A stretch of DNA of 64,000 bases, taken from positions 474,904-538,903 of the forward strand of contig CAWJQH010000008.1 in assembly GCA_963844935.1 (NCBI GenBank). The letters are read 5' to 3'. The translations under genes and the position numbers were made by a program. Origin of the DNA: an uncultured Bacteroidales bacterium (GTDB lineage: Bacteria > Bacteroidota > Bacteroidia > Bacteroidales > VadinHA17). Shown piece after piece: positions 1-8,619 of the stretch (positions are counted from its first letter, which is position 1; every line of letters starts with the position of its first letter). Below the pieces are notes generated by a model. It did no database searches. It was given only the letters and a program-made list of their open reading frames with translations, and was not told the origin of the DNA.

Positions 1-774
1 AGGATTATCGGGGGGCTGGAGAAAAAGAACAAGATCGTCTCCTTTGAAGAAAAGAGGACTATTGCCTATCACGAGGCAGGGCATGCCACTGTAAGCTGGC
101 TCCTTGAATATGCCAGTCCGCTGCTGAAGGTTACAATAATACCCAGGGGAAAAGCCCTCGGGGCAGCCTGGTACCTGCCTGAGGAGAGGTCAATATCCAC
201 CCGTGAGCATATCCTTGACGAGCTTGCATACGCCCTTGGAGGAAGGGCCGCGGAAGAACTGGTTATAGGAAAGATATCCACCGGTGCCCTCAGCGACCTG
301 GAGAAGGTAACCAAGCAGGCCTATGCCATGGTAGCCTATTTTGGTATGTCGGAAGAAGTTGGCAATGTGAGTTTCTACGATTTATCAGGACAGTCGGAAT
401 ATGGTTTTACAAAGCCATACAGCGAGAAGACTGCCGAACTTATTGATAGCGAGGCAAAATTGATTGTGGAGCTATCGTACAAAAAGGCAAAGGAAGTTAT
501 TTCTGCAAATATTGAAGGGCTCACAAAGCTTGCCGAGCAGCTTCTTGAAAAGGAAGTCATCTTCAGCGAGGACCTTGAGCGCATATTTGGCAAGAGAAGA
601 GGTGACACCTCAAGGAGCATGACTGAAGAGGCCGCCAAGGTTGCAGAACCTGCAAAGGATGAAGGGCCCGCAAAGGTTGCCGGAACGGCGATGGCGGAAG
701 AGCCTGCGGGAGATGTGGAAGCTGGCAAACCTGAAGTCCCGGCAATGCCTGAAGAGCCCTTAAAGACAGAGTAA
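1..774 (+). CDS. ftsH: ATP-dependent zinc metalloprotease FtsH, C-terminal part (5' end lies outside the window)
   Basis: Frame 1 is open from base 1. It translates to ...IAYHEAGHATVSWLL...IIPRGKALGAAWYLPEE...LGGRAAEE..., which carries the HEAGH zinc motif and the M41 peptidase region. It ends with a low-complexity acidic/Pro-rich tail and a TAA stop at 772-774. Confidence 0.9.
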   Translation, partial: RIIGGLEKKNKIVSFEEKRTIAYHEAGHATVSWLLEYASPLLKVTIIPRGKALGAAWYLPEERSISTREHILDELAYALGGRAAEELVIGKISTGALSDLEKVTKQAYAMVAYFGMSEEVGNVSFYDLSGQSEYGFTKPYSEKTAELIDSEAKLIVELSYKKAKEVISANIEGLTKLAEQLLEKEVIFSEDLERIFGKRRGDTSRSMTEEAAKVAEPAKDEGPAKVAGTAMAEEPAGDVEAGKPEVPAMPEEPLKTE

Positions 775-971
775 TGGAAGATGAATGGGTGGTCGTAGCC
801 AGGTTTGGTGATGACATAAAATGCCAGATCGCCATCGACCAGCTCCACAATAACAGTATAGAAGCAGTGGCTGTTGACAAGCGCGACTGGAATTACAGGT
901 TCGGTGATATAGAATTGTATGTTCACCGCGACAATGTAATTCCGGCCATGGAAATAATCAAAGATCTGTGA
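774..971 (+). CDS. small conserved protein, DUF2007-like (putative signal-transducing/PII-like fold)
   Basis: 65 aa ORF. Its ATG overlaps the ftsH stop (TAATG), and it lies between ftsH and cdsA with no gaps. The family assignment is by resemblance only. Confidence 0.45.
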   Translation: MEDEWVVVARFGDDIKCQIAIDQLHNNSIEAVAVDKRDWNYRFGDIELYVHRDNVIPAMEIIKDL

Positions 972-972
972 G

Positions 973-1815
973 GTGACCAATTTTATCAGGCGTACCGTAA
1001 CCGGTGCCATCCTTGTGATATGCGTTCTTGGCGGGCTGTGGCTCCATCCGGTTTCCTTCTTCATTGTCGTTGGGGTGGTGATAGCCACCATGCAGCATGA
1101 ATATTACATGATGATAAGGGGCACCGGCGTCAGGCCTCAGACAATCGCCGGGATAACGGCCGGTTTGGTAATTTACTTTATATCAACCATGGTGGCAGCC
1201 GGATGGCTTCCCGGTAAAAGCTTCCTGCTGCTTATTCCCCTGATCACTGTCGTGATGGTGACAGAGCTCTTCCGGAAGGTTGAGAGACCGTTTGATTCGC
1301 TTGCACATACTTTCTTTTCAATATTATACACTGCGGCGCCATTCTCACTTATACCCTTTGCTGCCTTCGGTCATACCGGTCTTGAACCGCTGATCCCGAT
1401 GAACGGAGTCGTTTTTTCACCGGGAATTCCAATAGGATTTTTTATTCTCCTGTGGACAAACGACAGCGGTGCTTACCTCGTAGGGTCAGCCATAGGAAAG
1501 CACCGTCTCTTTGAGCGCCTCTCACCAAAAAAGAGCTGGGAAGGTTTTTTTGGCGGATTGCTGCTGACACTCGTGGTGGCCCGCCTGATCGGCGGATGGC
1601 TTGGAGTGGCTGATCCCGCTGGATGGATGATAATTGCTGTTATCATTTCAATTGCCGGAACGGCAGGTGACCTGCTTAAATCGATGCTGAAGCGAAGTCT
1701 TGAACTGAAGGACTCCGGCACATTCCTGCCCGGTCACGGCGGGTTCCTCGACAGGTTCGACAGTGTTGTGGTTTCGTTCCCCCTGGTATATCTTTATATT
1801 GCGATTTTCGGGTAA
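973..1815 (+). CDS. cdsA: phosphatidate cytidylyltransferase (CDP-diglyceride synthase)
   Basis: 280 aa polytopic membrane protein with the C-terminal CdsA signature SWEGFFGG...GDLLKSMLKRSLELKDSG..LPGHGGFLDRFDS. GTG start. Confidence 0.9.
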   Translation: MTNFIRRTVTGAILVICVLGGLWLHPVSFFIVVGVVIATMQHEYYMMIRGTGVRPQTIAGITAGLVIYFISTMVAAGWLPGKSFLLLIPLITVVMVTELFRKVERPFDSLAHTFFSILYTAAPFSLIPFAAFGHTGLEPLIPMNGVVFSPGIPIGFFILLWTNDSGAYLVGSAIGKHRLFERLSPKKSWEGFFGGLLLTLVVARLIGGWLGVADPAGWMIIAVIISIAGTAGDLLKSMLKRSLELKDSGTFLPGHGGFLDRFDSVVVSFPLVYLYIAIFG

Positions 1816-1816
1816 G

Positions 1817-2491
1817 ATGGCGGTTAAAAGACTTAAAATACACAGGGAAGGATACAAGATTATTATTGCTGTATTCATCATGCTGGTCCTGATCAATACC
1901 GCTGCACTGACCATCTGGCCGGAACTTCGCATTCTTCATTACCTGCTGCTGGCGGCATCCCTGATCTTCTTCTCCTTCATTGTGTTATTTTTCAGGACAC
2001 CCACGCGGAAGCTTGACCCGGATCCTCTGCTGATCTACGCACCGGCTGACGGAAAGATCGTAGTGATTGAAGAGACCTTTGAAAAGGAGTATTTCAGGGA
2101 CAACAGGCTGCAGGTCTCAATATTCATGTCGCCTTTTAACATGCACAGCAACAGGTATCCGATCACCGGTACGATCACTTATACCAATTACCAGGCCGGC
2201 AAAAAATATCATGCCCGCAGTCCGAAATCATCAGAACTGAACGAAAGGAGCAGTATCGTTGTTATCTCAGATAACGGCACTGAAATCCTTATCAGGCAGG
2301 TGGCAGGAGCTGTGGCCCGCCGCATTGTCACTTACTCGAAGAAGGGAGCAAGAGTACGGCAGGGCGATGAACTGGGCTTCATCAAGTTCGGTTCACGTGT
2401 CGACATCTTCCTTCCTGAAGGAACAGAAATCGATGTGCAGATGTTTGAGCAGGTAAGGGCGAGCAGGACTATAATAGCAAAAGTACTTTAA
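1817..2491 (+). CDS. psd: phosphatidylserine decarboxylase proenzyme (short archaetidyl/Bacteroidota type)
   Basis: ATG at 1817, one nt after the cdsA stop. N-terminal TM segments are followed by the C-terminal GFIKFGSRVDIFLP motif, which contains the G-S self-cleavage site. The longer ORF from 1763 overlaps cdsA and is less likely. Confidence 0.85.
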   Translation: MAVKRLKIHREGYKIIIAVFIMLVLINTAALTIWPELRILHYLLLAASLIFFSFIVLFFRTPTRKLDPDPLLIYAPADGKIVVIEETFEKEYFRDNRLQVSIFMSPFNMHSNRYPITGTITYTNYQAGKKYHARSPKSSELNERSSIVVISDNGTEILIRQVAGAVARRIVTYSKKGARVRQGDELGFIKFGSRVDIFLPEGTEIDVQMFEQVRASRTIIAKVL

Positions 2492-2500
2492 ACGAAATTA

Positions 2501-3727
2501 ATGAAAGAAGATAATAAAATACTGGATCTTACTCCCGATGTGAAATGGATAGGGATCCTTGATCCTGATATCAGGGTGTTCGACATTGTGATGAATACGG
2601 AGCACGGAAGCACCTATAACTCCTATTTCATAAATGCTGCCAAAAAAACTGTGGTTGATACTGCCAAGGAGAAGTTCAGCCCGGCATATATCAGCAAGCT
2701 GAAACAGGTTACTGACCCGGCAGAGATATCATATATCATTCTCAGTCATACCGAGCCTGACCATTCAGGGTCAATGAGGCAGCTTCTTGATCTTGCACCG
2801 CAGGCAATTGTGGTGGGCAGCGGCAATGCTGTAAGGTATCTTTCTGACATCGTCAACCGGCCATTCAAATCACTGGTGGTAAAGGATGGTGACACCCTTG
2901 ATCTCGGCAACAAGACACTGAAGTTCATTGCTGCTCCTAACCTTCACTGGCCTGATACAATCTTTACCTGGCTGGCTGAGGACAGAATACTGTTCACATG
3001 CGACGCATTCGGGGCTCACTATTGCAGCGAGGAGGTTTTTGACGATCTGACAGGTGACTTTGAAAAGGATTTCAGGTATTATTTTGATGTGATACTGAAG
3101 CCATACAGCAAATTCATGATCAGGGCTATTGAAAAGATAAGGCCTCTGGATATTTCCATGATAGCTACCGGTCACGGCCCGGTTCTGAGAAAAAACTGGA
3201 AGAGCATCGTTGACACCACGGAACAGCTGGCAGGTGATTATCTGAAGCTCATATCGGCTTCGGAGGAAAAGAGGCTGCTGATAACTTATGTTTCGGCATA
3301 CGGTTATACCGGAAAGATGGCAGAGTTGATAGCCCGCGGGGCCGGCACTGTTAAGAATGTTACCGTGGAGGTGATTGATATTGAGAATGCAGGGTTAGGT
3401 GAATTGGATTCAAAGCTTACAATTGCCGACGGAATCATCGTAGGTTCACCGACAATCAATCAGAATACCCTTTTGCCTGTATATAAGCTTGCTGCAATGA
3501 TCAATCCCCTGCGCGACAAGGGCAAGCTGGCAGGTTCATTCGGTTCATTCGGATGGAGCGGTGAAGCCCCGTCACAGATAGGGGAGATGCTGAAAAACCT
3601 GAAGCTTCGTTTTTTCGAGGAGCCCATGGCATTGAAGTTTATGCCTGAGAGCGATAAGGAGAAGACCCTGATACAATACGGCGAACGCTTTGCAAGGGAG
3701 CTTGTGGCTGTGAAGGCAGACGCTTAA
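2501..3727 (+). CDS. flavodiiron protein (FprA/ROO-type A flavoprotein: metallo-beta-lactamase-like diiron domain + flavodoxin domain)
   Basis: 408 aa. The HTEPDHSG diiron ligand motif is present, and the C-terminal third is flavodoxin-like (ITYVSAYGYTGKMAE...GSPTINQN). Confidence 0.85.
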   Translation: MKEDNKILDLTPDVKWIGILDPDIRVFDIVMNTEHGSTYNSYFINAAKKTVVDTAKEKFSPAYISKLKQVTDPAEISYIILSHTEPDHSGSMRQLLDLAPQAIVVGSGNAVRYLSDIVNRPFKSLVVKDGDTLDLGNKTLKFIAAPNLHWPDTIFTWLAEDRILFTCDAFGAHYCSEEVFDDLTGDFEKDFRYYFDVILKPYSKFMIRAIEKIRPLDISMIATGHGPVLRKNWKSIVDTTEQLAGDYLKLISASEEKRLLITYVSAYGYTGKMAELIARGAGTVKNVTVEVIDIENAGLGELDSKLTIADGIIVGSPTINQNTLLPVYKLAAMINPLRDKGKLAGSFGSFGWSGEAPSQIGEMLKNLKLRFFEEPMALKFMPESDKEKTLIQYGERFARELVAVKADA

Positions 3728-3763
3728 TTCGTTCCTCCCTGAGCACATAATGTACATAAAAAA

Positions 3764-3796
3764 CCGTAAAGACAGGTCTGAGACCTGTCTCCACGG
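3764..3796. terminator. REP-like palindromic hairpin, copy 1 (CCGTAAAGACAGGTCT-G-AGACCTGTCTCCACGG)
   Basis: Perfect 10 bp inverted repeat AGACAGGTCT/AGACCTGTCT (3770-3790), extended by CCGT../..ACGG. It sits between convergent gene ends at 3727 (+) and 3879 (-). Confidence 0.7.
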
Positions 3797-3811
3797 GTAT
3801 CATTGAATTTA

Positions 3812-3840
3812 GCAGAGACAGGTCTCAGACCTGTCTCTGC
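3812..3840. terminator. REP-like palindromic hairpin, copy 2 (GCAGAGACAGGTCT-C-AGACCTGTCTCTGC)
   Basis: Perfect 14 bp inverted repeat, lying 15 nt after copy 1 and 38 nt from the hsp20 stop. Confidence 0.7.
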
Positions 3841-3878
3841 GGTATCAACGAAGATAGTCCTGCTGGTGCGATCGCGGA

Positions 3879-4307
3879 TTACTGGATCGAGACCGAACGG
3901 ATTTTTTCCTTTTTCTTCTCTTCCTCCAGCTTCGGTATCTCCACATTCAGAATGCCATCCTTGTATGAAGCGCCGATCTTCTCTCCGTTTACATCCTCAG
4001 GCAGGTAAAAACTGCGGCAGAATGAGCTGTAACTGAATTCCCTGCGCCTGTATCCTTCGAGATCCTCGTCCCTCTCCTCCTTGTGCTCGGACGAGATTGT
4101 AAGAACATCATCCTTCACTTCAATGCGAAGATCCTTCTTATCCATTCCCGGAACGGCAAGCTCAAGATAGAATGCCTTTTCATCTTCCCTGATGTTTACT
4201 GACGGAAGACTGCTCGTATTCCTGTTCATCACCGGAAAGAAATCTTCATTGAAGAAATCTGAAAGCGTAAGCGGCTTGTAGCCTCTTCTTGTGATCATTG
4301 GTAACAT
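3879..4307 (-). CDS. Hsp20/alpha-crystallin family small heat-shock protein
   Basis: Alpha-crystallin domain present (AFYLELAVPGMDKKDLRIEVKDDVLTIS...SFYLPEDVNGEKIGASYKDGILNVEIPK). I prefer the start at MLPMITRR (4307) because AAAAAGGAGG precedes it. The ORF stays open up to 4352. Confidence 0.85.
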   Translation of the reverse strand: MLPMITRRGYKPLTLSDFFNEDFFPVMNRNTSSLPSVNIREDEKAFYLELAVPGMDKKDLRIEVKDDVLTISSEHKEERDEDLEGYRRREFSYSSFCRSFYLPEDVNGEKIGASYKDGILNVEIPKLEEEKKKEKIRSVSIQ

Positions 4308-4470
4308 AACGACCTCCTTTTTATTATTGTTTGACATTAATTTCATTTTCACAGAAAAGGTTTCAATCTCTGTGCCAGCGAAATATATGTGACAATATGG
4401 CAGATTATATTAAATTTGACATGACATAATGACATTGAAATATTCGGGTTGCAATAACGGGAATTCTTTT

Positions 4471-4478
4471 TAAATTTG
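4471..4478 (+). promoter_or_regulatory. candidate Bacteroidota -7 promoter box TAAATTTG (TAnnTTTG)
   Basis: Exact match to TAnnTTTG, 62 nt upstream of the AI-2E transporter ATG. A second identical box lies at 4411-4418. Confidence 0.35.
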
Positions 4479-4539
4479 ATGAGAAGTGTTTTGATTTCAC
4501 CCTGCCTTTACGGGGTTTGAGACCTGATCTGATTGCACC

Positions 4540-5670
4540 ATGAATGCCACTCTGCGTAATTTTCTGATTGTTATAGGCATAGCTCTGGCGGCTTACCTTA
4601 CCTGGTATTTCCGGAGTATAATTGCATATATAATTATTGCAGGTGTCATATCGCTTATAGGAAGACCGATAGTTGACCTGCTTAACAGCATTCATATCCG
4701 GAAGATAAGATTCCCGAAAGCATTGAGTTCCCTTCTGACGCTGCTGCTGCTTTATGGCTTGCTGGCACTCTTCTTCGTAATTTTTATTCCTTTGGTATCC
4801 AGGCAGATAGATGCATTATCGGGATTTGATGCCGGGGAAATAGTACGTGGTTTGCAGGAGCAATTTGAAAAGCTTGACACCCTTGTCAGGAAGCTTTATA
4901 AAAACATGCCACCAGACAGTACATTGTATGATCTGGCAGTAGAAAAGCTCACCGAGATACTTAAGCCGGCATCGATTACCAATATGGCAGGAAACCTGGT
5001 AGGCATTGTGGGCAAGGCCGTTGTGGCACTGGTCGCCGTCACATTCCTTGCCTTCTTCTTCCTGAAGGATGAAGGACTTTTCAAGGAGACGGTGATGGTG
5101 ATGGTCCCTACCCAGTATGAAGAGAGAATCAGAAATGTGCTGCATTCGATAAAACAGCTCCTGATCAGGTATTTTATAGGCATCATAATCCAAAGCTCCA
5201 TAGTGCTTATAATCATCACTATAGGTATGACAATTGTGGGATTTCCCTTTCACCAGGCCCTTGTGATGGGATTGCTGATCGGCATCTTCAATGTGATACC
5301 TTACCTTGGACCCTGGCTCGGGGGATCAATTGCAGTGCTGATGGGTGTTGCCACAGCCATCACCGCCGGGGGTTTCCCGGCTATCTGGCTGCTTATAATG
5401 TATATGGTAATCGTCATTGCCTGTACACAAATGCTTGATAATAACCTTTTTGCGCCAATGATTTATTCCCGCAGCGTCAATGCCCATCCAATTGAAATAT
5501 TCATCGTGATAATGGCGATAGGCAGCTTTGCAGGCATTCCCGGAATGATTGTGGCTGTCCCGGCCTATACCGCCTTGCGTGTTTTTGCCAGGGAGTTCTT
5601 CAATAATTTCGGGCCTGTCCGGAAAATTACATCCGGACTGGGCAAAGACCTTGAAGATGAAAAGAAATGA
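4540..5670 (+). CDS. AI-2E family transporter (PerM/YhhT-like permease)
   Basis: 376 aa with about 8 TM segments. The typical NVIPYLGPWLGG motif is present. Confidence 0.8.
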   Translation: MNATLRNFLIVIGIALAAYLTWYFRSIIAYIIIAGVISLIGRPIVDLLNSIHIRKIRFPKALSSLLTLLLLYGLLALFFVIFIPLVSRQIDALSGFDAGEIVRGLQEQFEKLDTLVRKLYKNMPPDSTLYDLAVEKLTEILKPASITNMAGNLVGIVGKAVVALVAVTFLAFFFLKDEGLFKETVMVMVPTQYEERIRNVLHSIKQLLIRYFIGIIIQSSIVLIIITIGMTIVGFPFHQALVMGLLIGIFNVIPYLGPWLGGSIAVLMGVATAITAGGFPAIWLLIMYMVIVIACTQMLDNNLFAPMIYSRSVNAHPIEIFIVIMAIGSFAGIPGMIVAVPAYTALRVFAREFFNNFGPVRKITSGLGKDLEDEKK

Positions 5671-5894
5671 TCAGGATGGCCTCTGCCCTCAGAAATCTCT
5701 TCCTTTTTTATTATGAAGGCTTCCGGACAATGTCCTGGTGGGGCAAAAAGGTCTGGCTGATAATAATTATAAAGCTCTGCATCATCTTTCTCCTGCTCAG
5801 GCTTTTTTTCTTTCCTGATTTCCTGAAGAGCAACTTTGCCACAGACAGGGAGCGGAGTGATTATGTGATTGAACAATTAACCGGCAATAAATGA
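5667..5894 (+). CDS. DUF4492-like small membrane protein preceding cydAB
   Basis: 75 aa with a single TM. Its ATG overlaps the upstream stop (ATGA), and it ends 4 nt before cydA. A small protein at this position upstream of cytochrome bd genes is typical for Bacteroidota. Confidence 0.6.
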   Translation: MIRMASALRNLFLFYYEGFRTMSWWGKKVWLIIIIKLCIIFLLLRLFFFPDFLKSNFATDRERSDYVIEQLTGNK

Positions 5895-5898
5895 CCAT

Positions 5899-7455
5899 AT
5901 GATTGAAAACATTGATCTGTCACTTGTAAACTGGTCAAGAGCGCAATTTGCTTTGACAGCCATATACCACTGGCTCTTTGTACCCCTGACACTGGGACTC
6001 TCATTCATTCTTGCATTCATGGAGACAATCTATGTGCGCACGGGAGATGAGACCTGGAAGAGGATCACAAAGTTCTGGATGACACTTTTCGGCATCAACT
6101 TCGCAATAGGGGTAGCCACAGGCATAATCCTCGAATTCGAGTTCGGCACCAACTGGTCCAATTACTCATGGTTTGTGGGTGATATCTTCGGAGCGCCGCT
6201 TGCCGTGGAGGGCATACTTGCCTTCTTCATGGAATCGACATTTGTGGCAGTGATGTTTTTCGGGTGGAATAAGGTGGGCAGGAAGTTTCATCTTGCCTCC
6301 ACCTGGCTTGTGGCTGTGGGCGCAAGCCTCTCGGCGATGTGGATCCTCGTCGCCAACTCGTGGATGGAAAACCCCGTGGGAATGGTATTCAATCCCGATA
6401 CAGCCCGCAATGAGATGAACAGTTTCCGCGACGTCATACTGAACCCTGTTGCAATCGATAAGTTCACACATACGGTGACGTCAGGCTTTGTGCTCGGATC
6501 TGTCTTTGTCGTGGGCATAAGCTCATGGTTCCTCCTGCGGCGCAGGGACGAGGTGATGGCAAGGAAGAGTATTCTTGTTGCAGGTATCTTCGGACTGGTT
6601 TCTTCACTGGCAGTGGCGCTGACAGGAGACAGCTCAGCACGCACCATCGCCAGGGTACAGCCTGTAAAGTTTGCGTCAATGGAAGCTCTTTATGAAGGCA
6701 GGAGTGGCGCGGACCTTACTGTAATAGGTGCCCTGGCTGACAGCGGAGAAAGAATGGGCGAAAAAACGGTTCATGATATAAAAATGAAAATCGGGTTACC
6801 CAAGCTTCTCTCGATAATGACGACAGGCGATGAGAACGGTTATGTTCCGGGTCTGAAAGACCTTGTCAACGGTAATCCTGCGAGGGGAATACTGTCTGTG
6901 AGCGAGATGATGGAACGCGGGAAGTATGCCCGGCAGGTGCTCATTGATTACAAGATGGCGAAGGAAATTGGCGACGATGCATCAGCAGCTGCCCTTGGCG
7001 CACGGTTCAGCGAACAGGACTTTATTGACAACTACTTCCGGTATTTCGGCTACAGCTATTTTGACCATCCGTGGCAGGTCATACCGTCAGTCCCGGTTAC
7101 CTTCTACAGCTTCCGCATCATGGTAGGACTGGGATTTTTCTTCATACTGCTTTTCATACTGGCCATCAGCTTTCACCGGAGGGGAACGCTTGAGCGTAAC
7201 CGCTGGTTCCTTTGGCTCGCTCTCTTCGCCATACCGCTGGCTTACCTCGCGAGCGAGCTGGGCTGGATAGTGACCGAGATGGGCCGGCAGCCGTGGATCA
7301 TACAGAACCTCATGCCGGTCAGCGTGGCTGTCTCGAACATAAGTACCGGCGCGGTGCAGACCACCTTCAGCCTCTTCGCCGTTCTCTTCACCGCCCTGCT
7401 CATTGCGGAAGTATCAATAATGGTCAGGCAGATCAAAAACGGACCAAAACATTAG
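5899..7455 (+). CDS. cydA: cytochrome bd ubiquinol oxidase subunit I
   Basis: 518 aa. Conserved features include N-terminal WSRAQFALTAIYHWLFVPLTLG, a Q-loop region, and C-terminal GWIVTEMGRQPW. Confidence 0.95.
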   Translation: MIENIDLSLVNWSRAQFALTAIYHWLFVPLTLGLSFILAFMETIYVRTGDETWKRITKFWMTLFGINFAIGVATGIILEFEFGTNWSNYSWFVGDIFGAPLAVEGILAFFMESTFVAVMFFGWNKVGRKFHLASTWLVAVGASLSAMWILVANSWMENPVGMVFNPDTARNEMNSFRDVILNPVAIDKFTHTVTSGFVLGSVFVVGISSWFLLRRRDEVMARKSILVAGIFGLVSSLAVALTGDSSARTIARVQPVKFASMEALYEGRSGADLTVIGALADSGERMGEKTVHDIKMKIGLPKLLSIMTTGDENGYVPGLKDLVNGNPARGILSVSEMMERGKYARQVLIDYKMAKEIGDDASAAALGARFSEQDFIDNYFRYFGYSYFDHPWQVIPSVPVTFYSFRIMVGLGFFFILLFILAISFHRRGTLERNRWFLWLALFAIPLAYLASELGWIVTEMGRQPWIIQNLMPVSVAVSNISTGAVQTTFSLFAVLFTALLIAEVSIMVRQIKNGPKH

Positions 7456-7467
7456 GAGGACACAGTC

Positions 7468-8598
7468 ATGGCATTAATTATCTCACACGCATTCCTGCAA
7501 AACTACTGGTGGCTGATAATATCACTGCTTGCCGGTCTTCTCGTCTTCCTGATGTTCGTCCAGGGAGGACAGTCTTTTATTTTTTCCCTGCCGCGAAATG
7601 ATTTGCAGCGCAAGATGATTGTCAACGCACTGGGCCGCAAGTGGGAGTTCACATTCACCACGCTCGTCACTTTCGGCGGGGCATTTTTTGCCTCCTTCCC
7701 GCTCTTCTATGCAACCAGTTTCGGCGGAGCATACTGGGTTTGGATGGCAATACTTTTCAGCTTCATCATACAGGCTGTGGCATATGAATACCGTTCAAAA
7801 CCATCCAACGTCTACGGCACCGGAGTATTCGACACATTCCTCTTTATCAACGGCTGCATTGGTCCCTTCCTGATAGGCGTGGCAGTCGCAACCTTCTTTA
7901 CAGGTTCCGACTTCTCGCTTGACCTTTTCAACAGGGTCACATGGGGCTCCGGATGGCATGGCCTCGAGGCACTGGTTAATCCCGTCAACCTGCTCCTCGG
8001 CTTCACGGTTATCTTCCTGGCAAGAGTGCTGGGACTGATGTATCTCTCAAATACAATCGATGACGGTGATCTGACTGCTGCCATCAACAGGGCGCTTGTC
8101 AGAAATGCAATCCCGTTCCTGGTCTTTTTCCTGGCATTCACTGCCTGCCTGCTCCTGGCAAAAGGCTTCATGGCCGACAGCTCAACAGGTCTGGTCACGA
8201 TGGTGAAATACCTCTATCTGCATAACCTGCTGTCAAATGTATTCACTCTCATCCTTTTCGCCGGAGGGGTGGTGCTGGTGCTTGTCTCACTCTGGATTGG
8301 AATAATAAGGCACTCACGCAAAGCGATCTGGTTTGCCGGTCCGGGTACCGTTGCCGTTGTAATGGCTCTCTTTTTCATTGCCGGTTACGGTCACACAGCT
8401 TTCTATCCTTCCTCATCCGACCTGCAGAGTTCGCTGACGCTGGCCAAAGCCTCGTCGAGCATGTTTACCCTTAAGACGATGATGTATGTGTCGTTCATCA
8501 TCCCGTTCGTTGCAGCATATATCTGGTACGCATGGAGATCGATGAACCGGAGTATGATAACCGGGGAAGAGATGGCCGGAGAAGACCACACCTATTGA
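7468..8598 (+). CDS. cydB: cytochrome bd ubiquinol oxidase subunit II
   Basis: 376 aa polytopic membrane protein immediately after cydA. The N-terminus (LQNYWWLIISLLAGLLVFLMFVQGG) is CydB-like. Confidence 0.9.
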   Translation: MALIISHAFLQNYWWLIISLLAGLLVFLMFVQGGQSFIFSLPRNDLQRKMIVNALGRKWEFTFTTLVTFGGAFFASFPLFYATSFGGAYWVWMAILFSFIIQAVAYEYRSKPSNVYGTGVFDTFLFINGCIGPFLIGVAVATFFTGSDFSLDLFNRVTWGSGWHGLEALVNPVNLLLGFTVIFLARVLGLMYLSNTIDDGDLTAAINRALVRNAIPFLVFFLAFTACLLLAKGFMADSSTGLVTMVKYLYLHNLLSNVFTLILFAGGVVLVLVSLWIGIIRHSRKAIWFAGPGTVAVVMALFFIAGYGHTAFYPSSSDLQSSLTLAKASSSMFTLKTMMYVSFIIPFVAAYIWYAWRSMNRSMITGEEMAGEDHTY

Positions 8599-8619
8599 CA
8601 GGTTCGGCCAACGTAACAA

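Noticed and set aside
375-1091. 238 aa ORF on the minus strand spanning the ftsH 3' end, the small ORF and the cdsA 5' end
   Set aside because: It is antisense to three well-supported genes. Its composition is low-complexity and Ser/Ala-rich, as expected of a shadow frame, and no recognisable motif is present.
3761-3840. Possibility that the repeated palindromes are a mini CRISPR array
   Set aside because: There are only two adjacent copies, separated by a 15 nt gap. The repeats are perfect hairpins of differing length, there are no cas genes, and the third copy stands alone 52 kb away.
3803-4036. 77 aa plus-strand ORF starting in the palindromic element and running antisense into hsp20
   Set aside because: It begins inside the terminator hairpin and overlaps the conserved alpha-crystallin domain on the opposite strand, so it is spurious.
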